64,000 bases of DNA. It comes from Eutreptiella sp. 'Long Island Sound 2002' (Eukaryota > Protista > Euglenida). Below the pieces are notes generated by a model, which saw only the letters and a program-made list of their open reading frames with translations, made no database searches and was not told the origin of the DNA. The stretch's first letter is position 1; each line of letters opens with the position of its first letter. The stretch spans positions 24,118,001 to 24,182,000 of the forward strand of contig OZ038379.1 in the NCBI GenBank assembly GCA_964036045.1, read 5' to 3'. This document shows positions 1 through 8,740 of the stretch, one piece after another. A program made the translations under genes and the position numbers.

Positions 1-3000
1 CATACAGGACGCGGTACGGACTGTGCCTGCTCCTGGTGGAGATGACGGACTTCACCTTAGGGACCAGGAGGAGGTCCCCTGACAGCCAGAGTCCTAGGAG
101 GACGTCCCAGGCCGGCCACCTGCCCGAGCCGGGCGTTGGGGCCCAGTTGGCAACGTGATACCACTCTGGCGGTGGGTTGTTGGCGAGGGACTGGTTCACG
201 GGGGCCCGCGGTAGGGGAGAGAGGTGGTCGGCAAGAGGTAGAACGGGCACCGCGTGCCGCTTATGTAGGAGAACGGTAGTGAGAACGACATCGCAGAGTA
301 GGCGACGGAGACGCGCAGGACGCAGACCTCTATGCAGCAGGGCATCCATGTGTGGCGTGGAGATGGCTCCGAGACGACCAACAGTGTAGGTTGCGATGGT
401 GTGGTGGGCCGGGGAGCCATCCAAAGCCAGTATGAACGGCTCGTCCCCCCAAAGGACAAGGGTGCCCCAAGCAGTGGGCGTACAGTGGCGCCATGCATGG
501 CACCTCTGAGAGAGTCGGGCCGCAAGCCACCGATGGTAGTGGGCGCGGATGAGCGGGTCTAGCGGGCACGAGAGGATGTGGTCCCCGGAGGCGGGCATGG
601 TGCAGAGGGGGCAGGACGTATCTCTTGGGGGGAACAGGGAGAGGCGGATGCCGGTGACCGTGAGGTGGTCCCCCCATGTGACGAGACCGTGGCTGACGAT
701 GTTTGCGTACTCGTTGAGGTCGGGGCGGCGTTGTGGCGGGGGGGACGCAGAAAAGGCGTGGTGGGAGGCGAGCAAGGCGCGGCGCGCGTGGGGCACGGCG
801 TCGTGGACCTGGAGGCCCGCGTGGGAGAAGCAGACGCGGGGTTGCTGTAGGGGGCCGAGCCATCCTACGGCGTCCGGGCAAGTGTCCGCAGCTTGCCCTG
901 CCGCTTCGTCTACCCGGTCCAGCAGGGTATCGAGCCAGGTGCCGGCGATATGGCAATAGAGGTGACGGGGAGGGGCGTGACCGTGGGCCATGTCGCGACA
1001 CGATCTTATGAGATCTCCTTGTAGCGAGTCTTCCGGCTCGCGGCGCCCTTCCTGCGCCGTGATGTACCCTTTGCAGTCCGCGAAGTGCCACGCACCGGAT
1101 CGGAAGCCGATGGCAGGGTCGGCTGAGGGCCCCTTGGCGGTGAGGGCCACCCATGCCGTGTACAGCTCCGCCGTGTAGGCGTTGTCCAGCCTCAAGGGGA
1201 TGGGGACGGGGTACACCTGGTACCGGAGGGTGACGGGGCAGAACACCGCCACTGCCCCGCCGCAGCGCCGGGTCTTCGGGCACCACGACGCGTCGTGGAG
1301 GATCCCATAGTTCTCAGGGAGCCAGGAGAACGTGGGGACGGTCGCAGTCACTGCTTGGCAGCGTCTAACCGGGGGGACGGTACCGACCGGCGGAGTGGGG
1401 CGGGGCGAGGCCCGGGGCCACCCCTTGCGTCGCGCGTCCTCTGTACTGCGATGGCCCGCAAGCATCCACGCGTGGGTGTCCTGGACCTCGAGTCCGGGCG
1501 ACGACAGGGCCAGCACATGGGGGGTGTGGTGTGGCAGATGGCTGTCAGGGGGTAAGTGGATGGCGATGTCGCACCGTTGGCACAGGGCAACAAATAGATC
1601 GTGGTCCGTGGGGTGTGCGGTGCACCGGAGCCCGAGCTCCGGGGTGAGGCAGGGCTGGGAAGGATGGAACCGCCAGAGGGCAGTCAGGAGCCCGTGGCGC
1701 GTGGACCGGCAGACCAGGGAGTTGGGGTGGTTCAGGTGTCGGATGTAGACGCCGAAGAAGTTAGTAAACCCAACGACCGGTGCCGGGGGTATACCGACTC
1801 CCCCTTCGGGGACCTCACGGAGGAAGTGAGCAGAGGCGGAGAGGGTCCACCCAGCGGTGGCGCGCATGGCCGAGGCGGTCATGGCGTCCAGCACGCACAA
1901 GGCCCCGTAGGAGGGGGGGCGGACACTGGTAAACCAGTTGACCGTCCCATGACACTTGGCGGTATACATGGCGAGGGGGTAGTGGGCGGGGAGTCGTGGG
2001 GCGCGGAGCGCCCGGCACGCAGCGCGGGTGCCCGAGAACAGGCGCCGGGAGTCGACGGGATGGAAGAGGTGGGGAAGGGCATGGCGGCCAAGGACGCGGA
2101 CGTAGTCCTGGCTCGTGGCACATCGCACGGGGTGACCATTGAGGTATACCGTGTCGTTGAGGAAATAGACCTGACCATCGCGCATGTCGGTGCCGATCAA
2201 GACCGTCTTTGTTGGGTCTGAGTGGAGGTTGGTGAGGCGGCCCGCTCTCTCAATGCCGCTGGCGAGGGCAGGCAAGTGGCAACGGTCGCCGGGCAGCCAC
2301 TGGGTATCATCCATCAGGAGAACCCGGTTCAGCGGGCCCGCGGGGGTGTCGGTGGGGGGGACGGAACGGCAGGCCTCGTGCCCCCGAACTTCGCCATATA
2401 TGCAGTACTTCATGCCGGACACGGGGCACCCTTGCCCCGTGCCGGCCCCCAGCCGGGTGGAGGACGGAGAGCGTCCGTCAGCCCCCCCCATGTGCACCTC
2501 AAGGGCGCGGTCATGATGCTGAAGGGTCGCGGCGTCGGCTGGGGAGATCCCTGCGGCGGTGAGGACGGCGTACTCGGTGGTGTGGTTGATGGAGCCATAC
2601 GCGTGGCGGACATCGTCCGACAGGACCCACGCTTCGAGGCGCCTGCGCCAGCGGTCCCACCATACATCGTGTAGGACGCGGAGTAGCTCCACGGAGGAGC
2701 AGTGCGGGGACATCCCGAACTGGTAGGGCGGCAGGATGCCGTTCTGAACCAGGCGGGGTTGGTAGTGGTCTTTGATGAGGGCAGCCGTGAGTTTCCATAT
2801 CGTGGCCAGATTGGTCAGCGGCCTGCCGTTTGCAATGGGGCCGTGCGGCGTCTTTTTCGGATTGTTGAGGAAGTCTGCAGAGTGTGCCTGGGGCACGGGC
2901 ACCCCACGGAGAATACTGTTGATCAGGCTCACGATCGTCGCAAACTGGGCATCCTCCAATTGTCCGAACAGCCGGTACTCCAGTAAATCGTGGTACGGCA

Positions 3001-4966
3001 TAGTGGCCGCCGCCCGGCGGATGATGGCCCGCAGGTTTGCGGTGGTGGCGTTGGGTGGTGGGCCGAGCGGCCTTCCCTCCCATCCCGTGATGGTCCGGAC
3101 GCGCGCGAGTGAGAGCGCCTCAAGAGGGGCAAGGTGCCTTTGGCGCAGCTGGTCCAACGCAACTGCGGCTTGTTGATGAAGAGGAACTGGGACGCCCACC
3201 ACGTAGACCGGATCCGCTGGGGGTACGTAGCGCGCCCCTAACGTGCGGCGGTAGTCCACTTTGGTGGGTTGGCCACGGGCAGCGGGTAGGGGCGCCAGCC
3301 CTACATCCTTCTCCAGAAGGAGAACGTCCCAGGCCGCTCGGATGCGTTCTTTCAGGCGGGCGACCTCCACGAGGTGTGACGATTGGGACGCCCAATCCGG
3401 GTAGGCGAGCGTGTAGCGTTGAAGGTTGGTGACGTGGACACGTACCGTCGACGGTACCGGCTGGCTGGGGACGGGGGGCCCGTAGGCAGCCGTAGCCGCG
3501 GCGTATAGCGCTGAGGTCACCTCGGTATAGCGTGGCTGTGCTTCGGGCGCGCCTGGGGGCGGCGTAGCGAGTTCGGCCCGAAAGGTGTCGTTGAGGGTGC
3601 GGAGCTGGCTGGCGAGGGGCTCCCGCGGGATGGGGAAGCGGCCCTTTTTCGAAGGGCATACCAATTGGGGCGCTGGCGGGAGGTCATGGAGGGTGGCAGT
3701 CACGGGTAGGTGGTCAAATGGGAAACTGGAATCGGAGCGCACCTCCGTGGTGTGGGCTGCTTCCGAAGGGGTGCGGAGGAAGATGTGGTCCAGGGCACCG
3801 GCGAAACCTTGCGGGCTCACCCACGTGGGGGCCTCCGCAAGGGGGCGTAGACGGCGCATCCCAAGGCGCGCGAGCGTGGGGAGGACGAGGTCACAGAGGG
3901 AGGCAGGGGAGACAGGAAGGTGCGAGACCCAGCGGCAGTTGGCGTTCAGGTCCCCTGTCAGGACAACCACTCTAGCCGGGGTGAGGAGGAGGTACGGGTA
4001 CACCCAATCCAGGATTTCTTGGAGGGTGTCGAGGTTCCCGTCGGCGGGGAGATACACGTTGGCGTGGCAATGGGTCACGCCAGCCATGGTGAAGTGTGTG
4101 ACGAGGGCTCTTCCCGACGGGTGGGCGCTGTGGCTGGTCACGACCAGGTCCGGGGTCCTGTAGAGGAGAGTGGCACATCCCCCAGCCACTCTTGCTGGTG
4201 CCTGGATGGTATGGTACAGGGGGTGCACCCGTTGGATGATCAGGGGCCCCGCTTCTTGAACATGCAGGGTTAGCGGGTACTGGCACTCGCGCACCAAGAC
4301 GTCCAGGGCGCGGAGTTTGGGTCGCAGGGACATCTGCACGTTGAGGGTCATCACGTCTGGGCGGGGCGACACGTGGCCGGTGGGGGGGGGACCAGGGCAG
4401 GAGCCGGCGGCGGTGGAGTGCTGGGTTAGCTTGCGGTCCACGGCTGCGGGGAGGGCGCAAGGCAGGCCTCGCACCCACTTGCGGAGGTGCCGGTGGTGGT
4501 ACGTGGCCGCCATCGCCAAGACACTGGCCCGGGTGAGGCCTGTGGCTGTGATGGAGACACGGCTGTGTAGGGATTGTGGGAGGACCACGTGGTGATGCTC
4601 GGGCAAGATGAAGGAGGTGGGTGGCAGGCCCTTGCGGCAGAGCTGCAACTGATGGGAGCCCGTCACCTGCACACAGTGCACGGCGCCCACTAACGACAGA
4701 ACGTTACGGGGCCAGGGGTCCGCCCCGCTGCACGCCCGGTAGTAGTGCACACCCACCGGCAGGTGCAGGCACATTTCGAGGGCGTAGGGGGGCGTGATGA
4801 ACTGGGCAGTGCCCGAGGCCGGCACCGGTACCAGGCCCCACTCTCTGGGGGGGGAGCTGGGGGTGTATGCGCCCAGGTGCAGGTCCCGGACATGGGGGAC
4901 GCCGTCGAGGTGGGAGTGGCGGAGCTGAGACACGGCGGCAGGGATGTCCTCGTTGCGCCCCGCCAT
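1..4966 (-). CDS. LINE ORF2 polyprotein: N-terminal ~205 aa extra domain, APE endonuclease, reverse transcriptase, RNase H, CCHC zinc finger; open to window edge (>=1655 codons)
   Basis: Manual translation from ATG 4966, all motifs in one frame. APE: MTLNVQ (4351), LHVQE, ANVYLP, LTGDLNA, PTW, LDHIF, FDHLPV. RT: RPLTNLATIWKL, YQFGM, SDDVRHAYGSINH, GTGQGCPVSG (~2420), LMDD (~2310). RNase H: ILHDASW (~1295), NAYTAEL, HFADC, HLYCHIAG..DRVDEAA. Finger: CPLCTMPASGDHILSC (~565-615). No ORF in this frame appears in the track, consistent with no stop before the edge; the last 180 nt were checked by hand and are open. Confidence 0.92.
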   Translation of the reverse strand, partial: MAGRNEDIPAAVSQLRHSHLDGVPHVRDLHLGAYTPSSPPREWGLVPVPASGTAQFITPPYALEMCLHLPVGVHYYRACSGADPWPRNVLSLVGAVHCVQVTGSHQLQLCRKGLPPTSFILPEHHHVVLPQSLHSRVSITATGLTRASVLAMAATYHHRHLRKWVRGLPCALPAAVDRKLTQHSTAAGSCPGPPPTGHVSPRPDVMTLNVQMSLRPKLRALDVLVRECQYPLTLHVQEAGPLIIQRVHPLYHTIQAPARVAGGCATLLYRTPDLVVTSHSAHPSGRALVTHFTMAGVTHCHANVYLPADGNLDTLQEILDWVYPYLLLTPARVVVLTGDLNANCRWVSHLPVSPASLCDLVLPTLARLGMRRLRPLAEAPTWVSPQGFAGALDHIFLRTPSEAAHTTEVRSDSSFPFDHLPVTATLHDLPPAPQLVCPSKKGRFPIPREPLASQLRTLNDTFRAELATPPPGAPEAQPRYTEVTSALYAAATAAYGPPVPSQPVPSTVRVHVTNLQRYTLAYPDWASQSSHLVEVARLKERIRAAWDVLLLEKDVGLAPLPAARGQPTKVDYRRTLGARYVPPADPVYVVGVPVPLHQQAAVALDQLRQRHLAPLEALSLARVRTITGWEGRPLGPPPNATTANLRAIIRRAAATMPYHDLLEYRLFGQLEDAQFATIVSLINSILRGVPVPQAHSADFLNNPKKTPHGPIANGRPLTNLATIWKLTAALIKDHYQPRLVQNGILPPYQFGMSPHCSSVELLRVLHDVWWDRWRRRLEAWVLSDDVRHAYGSINHTTEYAVLTAAGISPADAATLQHHDRALEVHMGGADGRSPSSTRLGAGTGQGCPVSGMKYCIYGEVRGHEACRSVPPTDTPAGPLNRVLLMDDTQWLPGDRCHLPALASGIERAGRLTNLHSDPTKTVLIGTDMRDGQVYFLNDTVYLNGHPVRCATSQDYVRVLGRHALPHLFHPVDSRRLFSGTRAACRALRAPRLPAHYPLAMYTAKCHGTVNWFTSVRPPSYGALCVLDAMTASAMRATAGWTLSASAHFLREVPEGGVGIPPAPVVGFTNFFGVYIRHLNHPNSLVCRSTRHGLLTALWRFHPSQPCLTPELGLRCTAHPTDHDLFVALCQRCDIAIHLPPDSHLPHHTPHVLALSSPGLEVQDTHAWMLAGHRSTEDARRKGWPRASPRPTPPVGTVPPVRRCQAVTATVPTFSWLPENYGILHDASWCPKTRRCGGAVAVFCPVTLRYQVYPVPIPLRLDNAYTAELYTAWVALTAKGPSADPAIGFRSGAWHFADCKGYITAQEGRREPEDSLQGDLIRSCRDMAHGHAPPRHLYCHIAGTWLDTLLDRVDEAAGQAADTCPDAVGWLGPLQQPRVCFSHAGLQVHDAVPHARRALLASHHAFSASPPPQRRPDLNEYANIVSHGLVTWGDHLTVTGIRLSLFPPRDTSCPLCTMPASGDHILSCPLDPLIRAHYHRWLAARLSQRCHAWRHCTPTAWGTLVLWGDEPFILALDGSPAHHTIATYTVGRLGAISTPHMDALLHRGLRPARLRRLLCDVVLTTVLLHKRHAVPVLPLADHLSPLPRAPVNQSLANNPPPEWYHVANWAPTPGSGRWPAWDVLLGLWLSGDLLLVPKVKSVISTRSRHSPYRVLY

Positions 4967-5037
4967 GTCCCGGGTTACCGGTCTCGCGGATGCCGACCGA
5001 AGTACGGCTGGTAGCGGTGGGGGTCGGCTGGGGGGCT

Positions 5038-7968
5038 CTAGGGCGGGGGAGCGTAGGGGTTGTGGGCCATGGCCACTCGGGGGTCGTGGGGGTCCCCCGA
5101 GTACGGGTAGGGCAGGAGGGGGGCTGCTGCATGGTGGTCGTGGCGGCTGGAAAGCGCTTGTGGCTCATCGCGGTACGCGCTACGACGCCTCGGCGGCGGG
5201 CTGTCGCGGCGATGGCCTGGGGTGCGGCGGCGGGACGGGGACCGGTCCGAGCGGCGGGGGCTGTACCTGCGCTGATATTTGGAGTCTGGTTCTCCGTCCG
5301 ATCCCGACGTTGCCGTAAGGTCCACCTGATCGTCAGGGTCCCGTGGACGGCGCTGCTTCCCGCGGCTTCCCCGATGAGTCTTCCGGGGCGGATGGTCTCG
5401 GTCAGGGTCAGGCACCCAGGGCGTGAACGGTTGTTTCTTCGATTCGGCCCACGTCACTCGCCAGCCACGAGCCGTGTGTTGCCTCGTCAGTCGCATGCCG
5501 CGCTCGTACTCTGCTGGTCGGATTCCGACGATTGTGAACTTGGATGTATGGTTCAATTGTTCTTCAGTAATGGAGGAAAGGCCTGCACCAAATTTATCCC
5601 GAAGGATACCACCGAGGAGTCCTGCATCAACTTCACCGGACGGCGGATCGTCGACTTCTTGCCAGCCGACCCACAGGGCTTTCGAGTAAACTTGCGTATC
5701 GATTTTTTGGGGTGTATACCCCTTCTTTTTCGCTGCGCCCTGTGCCTGGTTGGCGGCTGCAGCTTCTGATGGGGAGGTGGCTGGGCTGGCGGAAACCCGC
5801 TGGACTGCAGGGGGGTTGGAGAGGAAGGAGCGCAGGACTTCCGCGATGCCGGGCAGGCTGGGCGCGTGGCTGTGGACCCAGGCCCACTGCTCCCGGATCG
5901 GCGACTGCGGGAGGGTGTTGACCTTCGCGCCGTACTGGCGGAAGAGCTGGAGGTGGAGCGCGTGCGCAACCTCGTCCTCACAGCCCTTGGGGATCTCCGG
6001 GATCCACTCCAGCAGGTCGGTCAGGGCGGTATCAGCAGGCGACGGCAGAGACGGCGGCGGCTGGGCGGTCGCGCCCGGTGCCCGAAAGGCAGAGACCGCC
6101 CTCGGCTTAGGGATCGGGTCCGGGACAGCGAACGACAGTTCGGGCGCACGCGCAGGGGCCTCCCGGGCCGGCACGGCGCCTGGCGCGGCCATAGCCCTAC
6201 GGAGGACGTCGGCCAATTCCTCGAGGTTGGGTGCCTGGGGCGAGGTGAGAACTGCTGCGGCGAGGATGACCGGCACGAGGACCAGGAACTGCTGAGAGCC
6301 GGGGGGAGGCAGCTCGAATGAAGCCGGAACGGTACTACGCACGGCGTTGGCGAATGCCGGCGGCGTGGACTGGAGGCCGTGGAGCCTGGTGGCGATGGAC
6401 AGGAGGGGGGGTACCGACCTGATGAAGTTGTTGAGCCTAACGGCTTCGGTCTGCCGCTGTGCCGCGGCGCAACGCTGGGCCTGCTGCTGGGCATTATCCC
6501 GTTCGGTGCGCACCGTGTCCAGATCCCGCGTGAGGGACTCCAGGTCGCCCCGTGCCACGGCCAGCTCCCGTCGTTGGGCCTCATACTCGTCATGCAATTG
6601 AGCGTAGTCGGTGGAGTAGGCCGTGACATCCAGGTCCGGGACGAAAGGCTCCCCCACCTGGGAGGGGCTGGGGGGGGCCGACCCGACGGCCGGGGTCGGT
6701 GACTCCGGAGGCGTGGGGTCTCCGGCAGCCGGTGGTACCTGGGAGGCAGGCTCTGGGAGATTGAAAGAAAGCCTTGTCTGTTCGGGCAACAGTGATGAAG
6801 GCGACGGTTCGGACCCTGAGGGGGTGGGCTTGCCCTGGGCCTTGTACAGGGCTGACGCCGGGGTGAACGCCGCCGTGGCGAACAGAGTGCCGGCGGGGCT
6901 GGGCGCTGCTTGCCCTTTGGTGAGGTAAGGTGCGTGGCTGGGCGGCGTGAGCGGGGGCGGGTTGGCGGTGTCGGCGATGCCGGCCTGCAGCAGGGCGAAA
7001 GTGGGGGCTGTGGCCCAGGTTTGCTCGCCAGCCTGCTCGATCTGATGCAGCAGCTCCACGCTGCGGATCGGCAAGATCGAGCATTCGAGCAGCGGCCGCA
7101 GCTGCTCGGGGGTCCACATGCCCTTGTTGGCGAGGGCGGGGGGTGTGGGAACGGGGGCTGGCGTGTACTGTCCTGTGAGGCAGACGGAGGAGGCCCACGC
7201 CAGGAGTCCGAACTTCAGCGGGACGAGGTCTGCCGTCGGGATATGGGCTGCCTGCAGGACGGCATGCACGTCGTTGGGTAGCGCCCAAAAGGCCGCAACT
7301 ACCTCTCGGGTGCGGAGGCGGTCCCATGACGGTCTGAGGTGGGGGGCAAGGAACTGGCTGATGGGCTTGTGGATCTTGTGGGAGACCTTCTGGCTTTGGA
7401 TGTCCGGAGGGCCGGCAGTGTCGACGGGCGGTGGCTGTTCGCGGGCTGTGTACAGGCCCTTGAAGACTTGGCTGCGGAGACGTGACGCCGAGATTGGGGC
7501 ATGGCTTGGGCTCCACCGCGTGACGAGAGCCGCTGTGAGGGCCTCAGGGTCCTTGGAGATATACTCCAGCAGTGGGCCTCCTTGTACCAGCGACAGGGGG
7601 ACGTGTTCGATGACCTTCGTGTCAGACGGGCCTGCGGCGACTGTTACGGTGGCTGTGAGCAGGAGCCCCCGCGGCGTCCACACCCCCGTCACCGCTGTAA
7701 TAGCCTGGATGTCGCCGTTGGCAGCCGTCCATCGCAGGGCATCACACAAGTCAGCCAGGGCGGGGTCGGTGGCCTGGATAGCCGTATCTGCCGCTTCCAG
7801 TGCGTCATCCTTCAGCATGTCCAGCTCTCGCAGCAGACGGTCAGCATCGTCGGACTGGGCGATGTCCATCAGAAACATGGGGAACGGCCCCCGACGAATG
7901 GCGCCGCCTCGACCGGTGTCGGGGGCGGGAGAGGGGGTGTCCTGGGACGGTGTTGAGCGGTCTGACAT
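5038..7968 (-). CDS. LINE ORF1 protein (976 aa from first ATG): coiled coil, putative RRM-like domain, Arg/Ser-rich tail
   Basis: The 990-codon ORF in the track starts at a TTG; the first ATG is at 7968. It sits directly upstream of ORF2. Heptad-like segment YAQLHDEYEAQRRELAVARGDLESLTRDLDTVRTERDNAQQQAQ (~6420-6610), KALWVGWQ...FTIVGI...GWRVTWAESKK (~5430-5690) and SPRRS/SPSRRR/SPPPRRRS tail. Confidence 0.8.
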   Translation of the reverse strand: MSDRSTPSQDTPSPAPDTGRGGAIRRGPFPMFLMDIAQSDDADRLLRELDMLKDDALEAADTAIQATDPALADLCDALRWTAANGDIQAITAVTGVWTPRGLLLTATVTVAAGPSDTKVIEHVPLSLVQGGPLLEYISKDPEALTAALVTRWSPSHAPISASRLRSQVFKGLYTAREQPPPVDTAGPPDIQSQKVSHKIHKPISQFLAPHLRPSWDRLRTREVVAAFWALPNDVHAVLQAAHIPTADLVPLKFGLLAWASSVCLTGQYTPAPVPTPPALANKGMWTPEQLRPLLECSILPIRSVELLHQIEQAGEQTWATAPTFALLQAGIADTANPPPLTPPSHAPYLTKGQAAPSPAGTLFATAAFTPASALYKAQGKPTPSGSEPSPSSLLPEQTRLSFNLPEPASQVPPAAGDPTPPESPTPAVGSAPPSPSQVGEPFVPDLDVTAYSTDYAQLHDEYEAQRRELAVARGDLESLTRDLDTVRTERDNAQQQAQRCAAAQRQTEAVRLNNFIRSVPPLLSIATRLHGLQSTPPAFANAVRSTVPASFELPPPGSQQFLVLVPVILAAAVLTSPQAPNLEELADVLRRAMAAPGAVPAREAPARAPELSFAVPDPIPKPRAVSAFRAPGATAQPPPSLPSPADTALTDLLEWIPEIPKGCEDEVAHALHLQLFRQYGAKVNTLPQSPIREQWAWVHSHAPSLPGIAEVLRSFLSNPPAVQRVSASPATSPSEAAAANQAQGAAKKKGYTPQKIDTQVYSKALWVGWQEVDDPPSGEVDAGLLGGILRDKFGAGLSSITEEQLNHTSKFTIVGIRPAEYERGMRLTRQHTARGWRVTWAESKKQPFTPWVPDPDRDHPPRKTHRGSRGKQRRPRDPDDQVDLTATSGSDGEPDSKYQRRYSPRRSDRSPSRRRTPGHRRDSPPPRRRSAYRDEPQALSSRHDHHAAAPLLPYPYSGDPHDPRVAMAHNPYAPPP

Positions 7969-8740
7969 GGTAGCTGTGGCGAGAAAAGAGCGGGTGGCCT
8001 GTGGCCGCAATATGTTGGGGGGGGGGGGCAGATCGAGGTGTCGGCAAACGGAGGTGCACTGACATCATAGGCAGCCCCAGTCGGATGGGGCGCGCAGGAG
8101 AGAAACAAGGGGGTACCACGAGCGTGGCCATAGTGTGACAAAACAAAGAGCATGGCGCGATGGCGCGGAGTAACATGGGGCCGCCTGGCGGACCAGGTCG
8201 GTGAGCGGGGGTCCCAGGACACACAGGGCGGGGGTGCGAGGGGAGCACCGCGCTGGCGCGTGGTGCTGCAACCCTAGTGGCGCACGGGAGCGAGGGGCCC
8301 CACGTTGGGACGACGAATCGGACGACTGATGATACCCTTGCACAAGGCGTCACGCTTGAGCGGCGGATACGTCGAATGCAGTCCCCGTCGCGGCTCCCCG
8401 CGTAGCGGCCTGGAAGATTGCCACGGCGAGGTCGACGTCTTGCCAGAGCCGAACGTAGAACGACGTGCCCACTGTGAGCAGGAAACGGCTTGCAAGGGGG
8501 AGGGACGCACTTGAGGTGCGGCACTCAGCCCTTGGAGACACGGGACGAAGAGGGAGAGAGAGAGTGCACCATACGGGTGGAGTTGAGCGGAGAGGGGGCC
8601 ACGATGGCAGAGCTGAGTCACGTGGTGGCACGACTATCACGACGATTCACGATTGGTGTCGAGCGTGGCAGTGCGTGTAGGCAATCCGTCCTACAGCTAC
8701 CATCCTGAGGGTTTTTAGACTGGTGCCAGGTCACCAGTAG

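Larger units (their letters stand above)
1..8720 (-). mobile_element. Non-LTR retrotransposon (LINE; APE endonuclease + RT + RNase H type), two ORFs, 3' end outside the window
   Basis: ORF1 (5038-7968) and ORF2 (<1-4966) lie on the minus strand 71 nt apart, with ~750 nt of unique sequence upstream before the satellite starts at ~8741. Diagnostic EN/RT/RNH motifs are listed under ORF2. The 5' boundary is approximate. Confidence 0.9.

Noticed and set aside
1-8010. DIRS/tyrosine-recombinase or LTR element interpretation
   Set aside because: An APE endonuclease precedes a non-LTR-type RT; there is no integrase, recombinase, protease or LTR motif.
177-8062. Plus-strand ORFs overlapping the LINE (e.g. 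1601-2221, 4867-5769, 7118-8062)
   Set aside because: GC-rich shadow frames of the real minus-strand ORFs, with no motifs.
8326-8360. Hammerhead ribozyme candidate (CTGATGA followed by a CCTTG/CAAGG stem)
   Set aside because: No GAAA after stem II, and it is antisense to the LINE transcript.
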